64,000 bases of DNA from Paraspadella gotoi (lineage: Eukaryota; Animalia; Chaetognatha): the NCBI GenBank assembly GCA_051294375.1, contig CM119266.1:2196306-2260305 (forward strand), written 5' to 3'. The translations under genes were made by a program, and so were the position numbers. The notes under the pieces are model-generated. The model saw only the letters and a list, made by a program, of their open reading frames with translations, had not been told where the DNA came from and searched no databases. This document shows, in pieces, positions 34,910-49,379 of this stretch; the stretch's first letter is position 1, and each line of letters opens with the position of its first letter.

Positions 34910-37002
34910 CAAAGTAGCAATCTTGTTCGGGTTAAAACAGGAAGAAAGAAATGCGACGATTCAAGCGAAGAGATTTTATTGTCTCGATTTTGGTTCAGAC
35001 TTTATAATAATAATATATAATATATAATCTTATAATACTATAAGACTACTATTCTAAAATATACAGGCTTGTAGTTGTACAAGTTGTACAGGGATGTTTT
35101 AAATTTCGTTTAAAACCGAATCAAGTTTTTGAGAAGAAGAAAAAGGTGACACGTTAATCGGCGAAATCCCAAGAAAATAGAGAACCATTATCTGGCACCA
35201 AATTTTTTTTCTCTCGACATCAGACTTTCAAAAAGTGTCTCTCTCTCGCTCTTTATCTCCCTCTCTCTCTTTTTTTTCTATCTCGCTCTCGCTCTCGCTC
35301 GCTCGCTCGCTCGTTCTCTCCATTTTTCCGCGTCATTTCCCAGCGACTGCAATGGTAACGATGTGATATTAAGTCGCTCTCTCTCTCTCTCTCTCNNNNN
35401 NNNNNNNNNNNNCTCTCTCTCTCTTTCTTTTTCCTTTCACCCTTTTTTTTAACGAGTTAGGTTCTGTATTCTTTTGTCTTTTAACCGCACTTGTTTCGAT
35501 TTTTTTAGACTGTCTCATTTTAAGATTAAAACAAACCTTACATCCATGTTTTTTTCTTAATGTTTTTTATATAATTCATCTATGAATATTAATTTAATCA
35601 TTTAACATTTAAGTATTTGTTTTTATTAATATTATTTTGTTGTTCTTTTTTTTCCTTTTTTCATCCTTCACATCTTTTAACCTTCTTTCCTCTTCCTCCT
35701 CCTTCCCTTTACCGCGCACCCCATCCCTACCCTCTTCTCTCCATCCCCTCCATCCTCGCTCAAAGAGGGCGTGGCTGCACTCGAAAGGCGGTTATCCTGG
35801 CCGCGAGGCGGCGCTTGAATCGGTGGGCGTCGCCGCTTATGAGAGTCCGCGTCCCTTTTTCTTTTTGCGCTGGGGAGAGTTAATAGAGAAGAGGGAGAGA
35901 AGGTGTGTCGGTTTGAGCGGAAGGGAAAGGAAGGTTAGCTGAGAGTCATGGTGTTAAAGGTTGATCGCTCNNNNNNNNNNNNNNNNNNNNNNNNNNNNNN
36001 NNNNNNNNNNNNNNNNNNNNNNNNNNNNNNNNNNNNNNNNNNNNNNNNNNNNNNNNNNNNNNNNNNNNNNNNNNNNNNNNNNNNNNNNNNNNNNNNNNNN
36101 NNNNNNNNNNNNNNNNNNNNNNNNNNNNNNNNNNNNNNNNNNNNNNNNNNNNNNNNNNNNNNNNNNNNNNNNNNNNNNNNNNNNNNNNNNNNNNNNNNNN
36201 NNNNNNNNNNNNNNNNNNNNNNNNNNNNNNNNNNNNNNNNNNNNNNNNNNNNNNNNNNNNNNNNNNNNNNNNNNNNNNNNNNNNNNNNNNNNNNNNNNNN
36301 NNNNNNNNNNNNNNNNNNNNNNNNNNNNNNNNNNNNNNNNNNNNNNNNNNNNNNNNNNNNNNNNNNTCACAAGGTGAGCAGTCGATGCTTTTTTTTTCTC
36401 TCTTCGAGGTTAAGCGACTCTGAAACCGGTCTAGCTTTGAAATGCTCGATCAGGGCCAGGGCGACAAGGCTCTAGTGTTCTTTTTGCGTCAGCGCGTTTC
36501 AGAATGGAGACCATCGCGGCAGCAACGACGAAAACGAAGACGACAACAATGGAAGCTAATTAACTACCAATCAAATTAAAAACTAGCGCCTGTCTCGATT
36601 GCAAGCTTTGAAGGCCTTTCTGTGTAATCTGTCAAAATTATGAAACAAGGATAGCTAATTCATTTAAATGAGTGGATAATTTTATTAGTTATAATAGATA
36701 TAATAGATAATTAATAGAAGTTTCCGATTGGTCCAAACGATTCGATTCCACATCGAATTTCATGCATGATTCGAATCTATCGATATATCCTGGAATATAG
36801 TTATAAATTCTCAATTCCTTCTCACGTCAAATGTCAAATATCAAATGTCCAAATATCCTTCGTCTCAAATGATATATAATATATAAAATCGATTAGGTCG
36901 TTTCCTTTCTTCCTTCTTCTCTTTTTTCCTTTCCTTTCCTCCCTCCCCCGATTTTCCTCTCTTCCTCCCCATCTCCTTCTCACCGAAGTCTATTTATGAG
37001 AA

Positions 37003-37038
<36 letters not shown>

Positions 37039-37438
37039 TCCGCTTTGGACTCGTGCGGCGATTCGAATCCAAGCCAAAGCGTTTATCGCCCCCCTCGGCC
37101 CTTTTATCTTCTTCTTCCTCTTCCTCCATTCTCTTTTCCTCCCTCTCGTCCTCCCTATCGTCTAATTCTCTTCTTCTCATTTCTCTTTTCTACTTCCTCT
37201 TTCTTTCCCTCCTTTCATTTCCCTCCTCTTCGTCCTCTACCGATTCTCTCTCCTCCTTCTTTTATTTCCTCCCTCTCATCTCGGGCATTTTCTCTTTTCC
37301 TCCCTGTCTTCTTCCTCGTCATCGTCCTCTCTTTTCCTCCCTCTCTTCCTCTTCCTCCTCCTCATCCTCTCTGCTTTGACCTCACGCTCCATTACCTCCC
37401 TGATTCCTCATCGCTCTCGTCGTCTGCTTTGAGGCGAC

Positions 37439-37532
<94 letters not shown>

Positions 37533-37947
37533 AGTAATTTACTTTGGCACTGGCATTTTTCTTCCTAAATTCAATAAATAAAAAACCTAACTGAATTTTT
37601 TTATTATTAAAGTCGATATTTATAGTACAATTACAAATCGTATGTTAGTTTCCAATTAATGTCAACTTTATTAGAAATATTTACGGAAATGAAGGCGTTT
37701 GAAGAAAGTTGACACTCAGCGACATTTGAAAATATGTGGCGACAGCAGCAATGGAATCAATGGAATCAATAGAATCATGACCGCAATTGGCAGCATCAGT
37801 GACAATGACCGTACGTAAAGCATTTGCAGCATTTACGACTTGCGTGAAATTCTGAGTATATTTATCTTTTGTAGCACTAGCGAAATTTGCGGCAATTTCG
37901 GAATTTGCGGCATTCGCGGTATTAGCGATAGTTATTGAATTCGCGAC

Positions 37948-38002
37948 ACTTGCGGCACTTGCGGCACTTGCGGCACTTGCGGCACTTGCGGCACTTGCGG
38001 CA
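37948..38002. repeat. 9-bp tandem repeat (CACTTGCGG) x6
   Basis: Direct inspection. Confidence 0.9.
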
Positions 38003-38079
38003 TGAGCGGAGAATCCGACTCGAAGGAAATCGTTTTTCGACTTGGACGATTTGGAGGAAACGAACGATTTTCTTCTTCG

Positions 38080-38149
<70 letters not shown>

Positions 38150-38420
38150 CCTCTTTCATCCCCTTTTATTTTATTTCTATTTTATTTCTAAACTTAAATA
38201 TAGAAGAATTCCGTTTCATCCTCTTATCTACTACAATCCATAAGTTAACTCTTTTTAACAGTTAATACCACAGACACCCCTCGACCCCTTATCCTCCTCC
38301 TCCTCTTCTTACTCCTCCCCCCCGAGATGCGCCTTTCTCTTATTTCTTCGAGTCGGTCGCGTCTTCGCGGTTCATTTGGTGCTTGACAGAAGGGAAATAA
38401 GGCAAGGATGAAAGGGGAAC

Positions 38421-38755
38421 GGAAAGCTTGGTGAAAGGGGAATGAGGGAAGAGATGAAAGGAAAGCGGAAAGCTTGGTGACAGGGGAATGAGGGAAGAGA
38501 TGAGAGGAAAGCGGAGAGCTTGGTGAAAGGGGAATGAGGGAAGGGATGAAAGGGGAGCGGAAAGCTTGGTGAAAGGGGAATGAGGGAAGAGATGAAAGGA
38601 AAGCGGAAAGCTTGGTGAAAGGGGAATGAGGGAAGGGATGAAAGGAAAGCGGAGAGCTTGGTGAAAGGGGAATTAGGGAAGAGATGAAAGGAAAGCAGAG
38701 AGCTTGGTGAAAGGGGAATGAAGGAAGAGATGAATAGAAAGTGGAGAACTTGTTA
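38421..38755. repeat. 46-bp purine-rich minisatellite, ~7 copies
   Basis: Unit ggaaagcttggtgaaaggggaatgagggaagagatgaaaggaaagc with 46-nt period. Confidence 0.9.
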
Positions 38756-38983
38756 AAAGAGGTAGTAGGAAAGCTTGGTAAAAGGAGACAAGAATAATAT
38801 AAGATCGGAGATCTCGGTAAAAAGAAAATAAATGAATTATAAAGGGAGAGATGAAAGCTTGAGAAGAATCTCTTGAGAGCTTGCTTTCTCAACTTTCTTT
38901 CTTCCGCCTCAATAAAGACGAAGAATCTGGTCCTTGTTTCGACGTAGAACTCTCTCTGTCTTTGTCTCCCTCTCTCTCTTTTT

Positions 38984-39022
<39 letters not shown>

Positions 39023-39224
39023 CTCTACCCCCTTTGTGGCTCTGAAGAAGACTTTGCTGTCCTTAATCGCTGAGCATTTCATCTCGGAGTTCATCATTAC
39101 ATACTCTCTCTCTCTTTCTTTCTTCTTTTCTCTCATTTCTCTCTTCCTCTCTCTCTCTCTCTCGCTCTCTCTCTCTCTCTAAGACCCAAAGACTCGTATC
39201 GTTTCAACAAATAATTATAATCAG

Positions 39225-39989
39225 TTTTTAGTCGCATCTGCTTATCAGCAGATCCCGACTCTATAATTCACTTTGTCGATCCTCAATATTGTCGGGCATT
39301 CACTTATATCATGTCAGAACATCGAATTATGATAAATTATGCAAAGAAAATTATGTCCGTCCGTCTGTCTTAGCAAAAAACACCAATTACTCGTGATTGT
39401 ATGGATGGATTGGAATGAAATTTTGTGTGTGGGTAGTGAAGTGAGTGATTGAGCTGGATATGAAGTTTCGATGAAATCGTCTGAGTTGAAATGAGTTTAA
39501 ATGGAAAAAACAAAAAAATATATTTCACTATTTGAACGCCAATTACTCATGAGTGGATGGGGCGATTGACTTTAAATTTTAAATGTGGGTAGTGAAGTGT
39601 GTGATTAAGCTGGAAATCAAGTGGAAATGAGTTTAAGTGAAAATGAGTTTAAATGGAAAAAAACAAAAAACCGGTTTCACTAATTGATTAAGCTTCTTTT
39701 TCTTTTTATAATAAATGTAAATGCAAAATGTATTAATTGAAAAAATAATTAATCAGTTAATTAATCAATTAGTCAATTAATTAATCAATAATTAATTAAT
39801 CAGTCAAATAATCAATCAAAACAAATATTTCAGATCAAATTAATTAATTAATTGCTTAATTAATTATCGATAATGATCATGGGCAGATTAATTAATTAAT
39901 TAACTTGAATTAATTAATTAATTAATTATTAATTAATTACCAATAATGATCGTAGGCAGATCCGACATTGTTAGCTCAAACTGGTTTTT
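39225..39989 (+). mobile_element. Helentron-associated (HINE/DINE-1-like) non-autonomous element
   Basis: T-run, then subterminal IR gtcgcatctgc (39231-39241) and nearby inverted gcagatcccgac (39248-39259); GTCC/GTCT microsatellite at ~39356; two ~155-bp internal tandem units (39383-39682); 3' IR gcagatccgac (39956-39966) and a terminal T-run. Confidence 0.6.
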
Positions 39990-40274
39990 GTTTTTTTGTT
40001 TTTTTGTTTTTTTCTCAAAAGGTATTTTTTTCCAAGCATAAAAAGTTCATATATATCTCCAACAAAGTATTAATATTGGAATTAATTATTAATATTTAAT
40101 GAATAAGAATTAAGTTTAACGATTATCACCATCCCCTTAAATTCGTCCCCACTCCTCCTACTCCCGTCCCCCAACTTTGACGAAGGGAGAGACAAATCCT
40201 TTCCCTTCCTTTCGACGATTTTTCTTTCTATTTCTTTCATCAACTTCGCTTGACCCTTCATTTATTTCCTGTCT

Positions 40275-40308
<34 letters not shown>

Positions 40309-40959
40309 NNNNNNNNNNNNNNNNNNNNNNNNNNNNNNNNNNNNNNNNNNNNNNNNNNNNNNNNNNNNNNNNNNNNNNNNNNNNNNNNNNNNNNNNNNNN
40401 NNNNNNNNNNNNNNNNNNNNNNNNNNNNNNNNNNNNNNNNNNNNNNNNNNNNNNNNNNNNNNNNNNNNNNNNNNNNNNNNNNNNNNNNNNNNNNNNNNNN
40501 NNNNNNNNNNNNNNNNNNNNNNNNNNNNNNNNNNNNNNNNNNNNNNNNNNNNNNNNNNNNNNNNNNNNNNNNNNNNNNNNNNNNNNNNNNNNNNNNNNNN
40601 NNNNNNNNNNNNNNNNNNNNNNNNNNNNNNNNNNNNNNNNNNAGAGAGAGAAAGTGATTAGCGAAAGAGAAACTTATTAAAATTATAGAACAGAGAGACA
40701 GAGACAGACGGGAAAAGAGATGGGCAGACAGACAGACAGACAGAACGTCATATAACGAGAGGGACTAACAGACAGACAGACAGTCAAATAAAGAGACTCA
40801 CACCCACAGTTCACCGTGGTCGGACTCCATTTCAATTTTCTCCATTCGATTTCAAAATTGAAACTTCAATTCGTGATTTCTGAGAAATTCTTCGCCTTCA
40901 CGTCTCAACTTTGACCTCAAAATCCGTTTTGCTCGTGGAGATTGAAGAAAGAGGAAGTC

Positions 40960-41086
<127 letters not shown>

Positions 41087-41201
41087 GGAGGCCAGGAAAA
41101 GGAATCCTCTCTCTCACCTCCAAATCCGACGTTCGTTTGTAATCGAGTCTCCATCTTCCTTTTGATCTTTTGACAAAAGACTCGACGGATTTTTCCATCC
41201 A

Positions 41202-41505
41202 TTTTCTCTTTCCTTTCCTCCGATTTCTTCGACTTTTTTCTTTCCTTTCCTCCGATTTCTTCGACTTTCTCTTTCCTTTCCTCCGATTTCTTCGACTTTT
41301 CTCTTTCCTTTCCTCCGATTTCTTCGACTTTTCTCTTTCCTTTCCTCCGATTTCTTCGACTTTTCTCTTTCCTTTCCTCCGATTTCTTCGACTTTTCTTT
41401 TTCCTTTCCTCCGATTCCTTCGACTTTTCTCTTTCCTTTCCTCCGATTTCTTCGACTTTTTTCTTTCCTTTCCTCCGATTTCTTCGACTTTTCTCTTTCC
41501 TTTCC
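41202..41505. repeat. 32-bp minisatellite, ~9 copies
   Basis: Unit ttttctctttcctttcctccgatttcttcgac. Confidence 0.9.
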
Positions 41506-43667
41506 TTTTATTTCTTTTTTTCTTTCCTCGTATTTTCCTTTTTTTTTTGCTCTCCTCACCTTTGTTCTGTTTCCTTTCCTCTCCTTTTCCTTTTTCCTTC
41601 CTCCATTACATCTTCTTTTTCCTCCATTTATTTCTCCTTTCTTTGTTCCTCTTTAAATCCTCTTCACTTTCTTTTCATTTAACTTTCCTCCCCCCAAATC
41701 GTCTCCCTCCCTTCTCTCCCCTTCCACATCCCTCGATCAACCCCTCAACACCCCACCCTCCATTTCGACGCCCGAAATTCGAGTCGATTAATCCGCGCGG
41801 TGACGTCACTCGGCGTCACTTTCGACGTCACATCGGACCGTCGCTTCGTTTCCGGCTCAAACCACGCCCCCCCCCCGTCCGCCACCCACTCTCTGCTTCT
41901 TCTTCGCCGACAGCGACGCCCTCCACCGGCACATTTCCATGTTAATTCGAAATTGCTTTTTCTCGGTCGCCATTTTGACCGGAGGACGACGACGACGACG
42001 ACGACGTACTACCATCGACATTTCCGGTTATTGCGCCACCTTAACGGACGTGATGGGGTTAGGGTACGATCGCGCCCCGGCCCGCCCTCCATCTCCTCTC
42101 TTTAATCGGATCTCCAGCCCGCTTTCACCCCCCCCCCAAATACTCACAGATTTAGACCCCCCTCCACAATCCGCTATGCCCGGCGGCCCCCTTCCAGAAC
42201 CCGTTCTTCCAATCGGTTCTCCTGATTTAGGGTTATCGCCCGCTGCTCACCTTCGATCTTTCGTCATCAAAGACTCGGGATCCAGATTGTTATGGCCGCT
42301 TTGGTCGTTGTCGTCGTTGCTGGTGTAGTCGTTGTTGTGGTTGTCGTCGTTGTTGTGGTTGTCGTCTTTGTTGTTGACGTCGTTGTTCATGTTGTTTATG
42401 TCAATCTTTTTTTGTTGTTTATGTCAATCTCTCTTTGTCAATCTCGCCGTCGTCATTATTTAGATCCACATTGATATAGTAACTTTGGTCTTTGTCGTCG
42501 TTGTTGTCGCTGCTGCGTCTGCAGCTATTGCTTCAATTGTTGTTGTTGTCGTCGTTGTTTTCGCTGCTGCTTCTGCAGCTGTTGCTTCAATTTTTGTTGT
42601 TGTCGCTGTTGTTTTCAACTTATTTGTTGTCATCAAGCATAATCATCTTTGTCGTCTTTAACTCCTTTTTCTTCGTCTTCATTGTTATCGCTGTCACTTC
42701 TTTGTCTTCGTCGTCGTCGTCTTTATCGTCGATGTCGTCGTCGTCGTCGTTGTTGTGTGTCCAGTCAAATTGTCAATTTGTCACAGCAAAAAACTAAAAC
42801 AGTATTTTTTTTTTTAAATTTAAAATCTTCTAAAATATGAATTAGTAATTGTATCGCCTCACCAGTCACCACCCAGCGTTTCTTCTCTCCCTTCGTTTCT
42901 CCGTCGTCGTCGTTAGCCTTTTGTCTTTCGACAGACGACGTCGTTACGATAAACGATTTCAGCGCTCACTGTAAGAAGGACTGCAACGACGTCGGTTACG
43001 ACTGTACTTTTTGTCATTAGAATAACGATTACACAACTGGGTTTTCTTTTACTTTTTAATTTTTTTTTTTTACTTTCGGATTTTTGAAATAAAAAAAAAA
43101 CTGATTGTGTCACCAAAAGTGATTTCTATTTACTGAGGATGACTAAAGTAACGACGAAGACGACGACGACGACGACGGCCATCATGTTTTTTTTTCGTAC
43201 ACAGACCCCGATGCCTAAGCGACGCCGTCACAGCTAAATATGCGGAGCTTTTTCACTACGGTTTAAACTCTCTCTCTCTCCCTCTCTCTCTTCCTCCATC
43301 TTCTTCTCTCCGGTCTCTCTCTTCTCTCTCTCTCTCTCTTCTCTCTCCTCTCTCCTCCTCACTCTCTCTCTCTCGCCCTCATCTTCCACATAAAAAATGG
43401 TCCAATTCCACCCTTGAAACCACTCGAAACAAATGGAGGACGCAGATGGAATCCTGGCACCATGAAAGGGAATTGACACGCATAAGAGGCCATTGTCTCA
43501 TAACTCGATGATGATGATAGAGATAAAAGGAAGAGGAGGAGGAGGAGGAGGAGGAGGAGGAAGAGGAGGACGATGAAGTGATGATGGTTTGATGCCGACC
43601 TGACAATTTTGAAAGTCGTTTGGTTAAAAGGCTCGAGAATGGCTTTTTTCGTCGTGGCGCAGGAAAT

Positions 43668-43777
<110 letters not shown>

Positions 43778-44103
43778 GAGAAATCTCGCAGTTACTTTTC
43801 TGAGTTCACGTTTCGAATTTCTTCACAGATAAACGATGAGTCATCAAAGTGATTTCTATTCTTGAATTATGAGATTTTGAAAATGAAATTTCGGGTTCCC
43901 TTTATTAGCTTTAAGTTAAGCTGTAAGTTAAGCTTTAAGTGAATCCACAGTTCTTAACAAAATACCAATTATAATTATACAGTCGTTTAAATTTTATTTG
44001 TTAGTTTTTTCTCATTAATTTTTTTTTTTCAAGAAATGATTTCAACTTTGGAAACAAACACTTTTTTCCCGCCACAAAAAGCCAATAATAATCATCGTCA
44101 TTT

Positions 44104-47100
44104 TCAGCCCATCATCGTCATCGTCCTCCCATCGTCGTAGTCGTCGTCGTCGTCGTCGTCGTCGCCGTAAGGGTTCGTTCCAAATCCTGGTTTTTTGACG
44201 GAATGAGATTTTTTCTTTTTGGAACCGGAATCTTTATGACTTCCTTCTTTGTGATGTCTTTCGGCATCTTTTGTTTTCTTTTTGTCGCCGAAACAAGAAA
44301 AGCAGTAGTGACGCCCTCCGTCGCCGGTGGCGTTGTTGTTGTTGTTGTTTATTCTGTTGTTGTTGTTGTTGTTGCCCTTGTCGTTTTGACCCTGCCGTTT
44401 ATGGGGATGTGAACTTATCAATATCAACTTGGTTGGTTACGCTCTCATTATAGTCCACAGTAAATACGGTAAAATGTCATTTAATATTTATGTTTTTAAA
44501 TATTACATAAAAATAATATACAGAAATATGAATTATTATATACCTAGTAAACATTTACTGTCGTTTACTATCATTTTCTATCAATTTTATAACTAACCGA
44601 TTCCCCGTCTCTTGTTGTCCGAGCGACTCGAGACTCCGTCGTGTCGTCGTTTCGACTTAAAGGCTCAGCCCAATTCATCCTCGGGGTTTGATTGGGCCTC
44701 TTGGCCCGATTCGAAGCCTCGGCCCAATGAGAGGTCGAATGCTTATTGCTGTTTTGAAATGGATTCGTTTCGAACTGAGGCTTTCGGTTTTTCTGCGGAG
44801 AAATAAAAACGCCTTTCTGGATTACGTGTGATAATATAAAATACAATTTAAACGGATTATAAGTATCTGGGTGCTCTGATATTTAAGAAACTCAGAGTCT
44901 TGCTATGTATCTATCTTGTGAGAGGGATAGAGGGCGAAGATAGCTTATTTATAAAATGAATGTATAGTTTTTACATTGCTTGTTCTCACTCTTTCATTCT
45001 TCCCCCTTCCATTGTGCTTACTTTTTTCCCGGTGGAAGAATCGTCAGATTGCAAAGACTTCACGTCCTTTTTACTCGTTTTCGTCTAAAGGTACAAATCT
45101 TTTTATGAATATTTTAATTTTTAAATTTAACAAAGTTTGGAAATGTTTTCGTCAACGATTTTTTATTAGTATAAGGACATGTTTCGACTCTTCATTTCGA
45201 GTCTTCATCAGCAGTAATGATGCATTAACAAATTTGTGTAAAAGAAGGGAGAGAGAGAGAGAGAGAAAAAAAAACAGGGAGAGACAAAATAATACATTAT
45301 GTAATGTACAACAAAGAATAAATTTAAACTAATGGTGAATTTAACAATTATTCTAGTAATAAATAGATAGTAATGAAAGGAAAGAAAGTTTTTAAATGTG
45401 AAATGATACATTTTGTGAGGGATAGATAAGTGAATGTTAAAGTGAAAAATTTGTTAAATCTCTATACTCAACGAAGCCGAAAGGATTAACACAATTTTTA
45501 AATTAAAATACTTTTCAAATATTAGATAGGTTGGAACTTCGCACCTTAGAATGTCCAGCTGCAGTATCGGATTTAAATCTGAAAGTTTTTACGTGAAACA
45601 TAAAATTATGATAGAGATCTGCCTGCACCCATCCTCTCGCTCACAACTCCTCCCCCCACATTACTTAGCCTTTGACTGCTTCCCCTTCGACCGCTTGCCC
45701 CCTTTGGGCCGCGAACGCCCTTTGGATCCGGCCGCCGAACCGGGGAAGGAAGGATCCGCGTCCGCGAAAGATTCCGAGCCAACCGAGGGCCCTTCAAAAA
45801 TGAGGAATAGAATATTAAGTAAGCAAAGTGAAACTTGGTTTAAATTATAATTCTAGGAATTAGTTGGCCATAAAATATGTATTAAAAAAAATCAATTAGT
45901 AAAAGTAAATTATTTATAGAATTTCTTATGACATTCACTCCGGTCTAACCTTTGGTGTCGCGGCTTCCCCTTTCGCACTCCATCGATTGACGGACGCCGG
46001 AAGGATCCACGTCGTCGAGTTGGTCGTCCGCGTCTCCTGGAGGTGGCTGCATGGATCGAGGGTGAGAAGGGAAGAGCGAATGGGAGGAATTGGAAAGAGA
46101 GAAATTAGTTGGACAGAAAGTGTAGGATCGATTTTAGGTTTATTAACTATTAAATAAAATATTTTTATTACTAGGACTAGACTATTACTAGACCAAAAAA
46201 ATTCAAATAACGTATATTTATGATATTCTCGGTTGAGACCTTTTTTCAGCGTTGCCATGGCTACCAGCGTCTAATCGTCCTTATTAAAAGCTTAATTTTC
46301 AGTTCTTTCACTTTTCAACTACTCGACTTTTCGACTATTCGACTATTTCACATCTACGTTTGAAGACTTTTTCTCTTCTATCTTTTTGTCTCTTCGAAGG
46401 CATAAGCAGTTGCAGAAAGGAAATCCTTTTTTCTCGGCCAAAGGTGCGGCGTCGCCTGCGTCGCCTGCGTCGCCTGCGTCGCCTGCGTCGGCGGGGACAG
46501 CAGCTGCGTCTACGGCGAGGGAGTTGGCGTTGCGATTTTCCATCTGGGCGATTCTTTGCAACTGATAACGTTTCAACAAGAAATTTAATTGATGAGAGAG
46601 AGAGAGAGAGAGACAGAATTTTTTTATTGGTCAAAGGATATATGATTCATCTTAATTTGCCAATGAAGCAGCCAAACCTCCAACTGCCTCTGCTCCTCCA
46701 AATCTCGACGTCGCTCTCGACTCTCGATGCTGAATCTCTCCGCCATGTCTTCGAGGGTCATGTTCATCCAGACTTTGGAAGATGCTTTAAGGGGAAAACG
46801 ACTCTGTCTCTCTCTCTGGCTCTCTTTTCTCTTTTTGTCTGTCTTTTCTCACTTTTTCCCTTATTTTGTCTTTTCTTTGTCCTTTCTTTCTTTCTCTATT
46901 TCTTTCTTTCATTCCTTCTTTCTTTTTTCCCCTCATTCATTGTTCTTTCTCTCTCCCTTTTCTCACCCATGTGCAACGCCCTCTCATTGGCGTTGGCTTC
47001 ATTACTCTGATGATGTCGCTTCTTCATTTCCGCGTCAATCTGCATCTTCAACTCTCTGACCAAAATGGATGAGACTATTACAATTAAATTATTATTATTA

Positions 47101-49344
47101 TTATTATTGCTATTAACCCCGATCAAGCCTTCAGACTTTGGACAGGCTTTGTTGGGTTATTTCTTACAAGATATTAATATTGCGGGACCCTGCAAGCGTT
47201 CAATAAAGACTCTCTAACAAACGAGTTCATAAACTCCCCTTGGCTCCACTATCAATGAATTAATATATTATGGCGACAGCCGGGTTGCCTGCGATGCCCA
47301 TTGGGATGGGGCATCTCACAGTTGTCTTTGGGGGCTTCCGACCTCAGTGACGCCTCCAGTCACTGGCGCGGTTTACCCGAGGATCGTCTCGCTTTGCCAC
47401 CGCAGAGGGAAGTCGTTAGGACTGTGGATGGAAGACTACGACTGGGATAGCGTGTTCCCCCTCTGAGCCAATGGATTTAGTTGAAGGATGGAGGACGTGA
47501 GGCCGGTGTGAATATACCGGCCACATATAACAATTTTCTATAATACCTCCCCCCCAACTCACCTGTAGTAGGAGTCTACGTCGTTCTTAGAGATCGAGGA
47601 AGACTTTTTCAATTGAGATTTTCGTTCAAATCTGACTACCAAAACAATATAAACGCTCCTGGTAAAAAATTCTGGTAAAATATCGATGTAAAAACACTTG
47701 ATTCCGATCCTGTTGGCATCTGAAGGGCTCGCATTTTTTTTCTTCTCTGTCAATCATCAACATCTTGATATCAAACAAGCCAGAACAAATAGAACTGCTT
47801 CTGGACGGAAAAATTTTCTAATCTCTGATTTTATATAGAAATGAAAGGGATTTTTTCTTCCTTGAAAATGATATAAACGTGACTGAGGTATGTTCCTGTT
47901 CAACAAATGAGGTCCAATTTTGGAATGCTTTGCAAAGTGTTAAGGGTCTCAAAATTTTTCTTTAACATTTTATTTAGGTTATTTTGATATGATAAGAATC
48001 ATGGTAAAGTGAATTGTTCCATTTGGTGAAATTTTTATTTAAAGTAAAAGTAAAAGAGGAGTAACGATCGGAATTCTAAGAGTTTCAACCGGGAGTCAGA
48101 TTCGGAAAAATCTTCTATGGCGAAAATCTTCCAAAGAAGGGGTGAATTTTTCCGAAGATTTTGGTTAATATTTTCTATATTTATAGTCGGATTTTTTTGA
48201 AACTTAATATTAACAATATTGCCATCATTCTACCTTGGCCGGTAATAAGAATATATTAAAAAAGCTTCGGGCTTAGTTCGTCAGAGCTTAGTCCTACCTG
48301 TAGACGTCGGCCACAACAGAATCGTAGAGAAATTCGTGCAACTCCGAGATGAGATCTTTCCCTCAATTTCGAGTAGAGGTTCGCTGTAAACTTGGTTTTT
48401 GTAGTGGAGAAGTTCCTTCGCTTTGATCCTTCTCTTCTCCGCCTCCAGGGGATCCTCGCCCTCGATGTTGAGAAGGGGAATGGGTTGAAAGAAGGGGGAA
48501 GGGTGAATAAAAGAGCAGGGGAAGGGGTGATGAAATAAAGGGGAGGGGTGATAAAAGACTAGGGGGAAGTGGTGATAAAAGACAGGGGAAAGCGGTGATA
48601 AAAGACAGGAAAGCGGTGATAAAAGACAGGGGGAAGGGGTGATAAAAGACAGGGGGAAGGGTGATAAAAGACAGGGGGAGGGGTGATAAAAGAGAGGGGA
48701 AGGGGTGATAAAAGACAGGGGGAAGGGGTGATAAAAGACAAGGGGGAAGGGGTGATAAAAGACAGGGAGAAAGGGGTTGAAAAAGACAGGGGGAAGGGGT
48801 GATAAAAGACAGGAGGAAGGGGTGATAAAAGACAGGGGGACAGGGGTATAAAAGACAGGGGAAGGGGTGATAAAAGACAGGGGGAGGAGGTGATAAAAGA
48901 CAGGGAAGGGTTGATAAAGACAGGAGGAGGGTGATAAAAAGACAGGGGGAAGGGGGTGATAAAAGACAGGGGGAAGGGGTGATAAAACACAGGGGGAAGG
49001 GGTGATAAAAAGACAGGGGAAGGGGTGATAAAAGAGAGGGGGAAGTGGTGATAAAAGACAGGGGGAAAGGGTTTGTAAGAGTGGGAGGTGGTAGAATGGA
49101 AATTGGTTAGGTGGTTATGTGGTGATGGGGGAAAGAATATTCAGTTTTGGGTGGGTGGTGTCTCAAGAAAGTAAAGTAAATAAATACGTAATTACATACG
49201 AATACTTAAATGATATAAAAATGAATAAATAATTAAATAAATACATATGAATATAAATGAACTCAATATCCCGACTTAATTATCGAGCCATGACCGGCGA
49301 AGCCGGTTCAGGCTTGATTTTGTTTCGGGTAAGCTTCTTTGTGA

Positions 49345-49379
<35 letters not shown>

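Noticed and set aside
41939-42328. Pro-rich 129-aa ORF and nearby GTGAG donor-like sites
   Set aside because: No ATG start or recognisable domain; the implied minus-strand intron would be only 29 nt.
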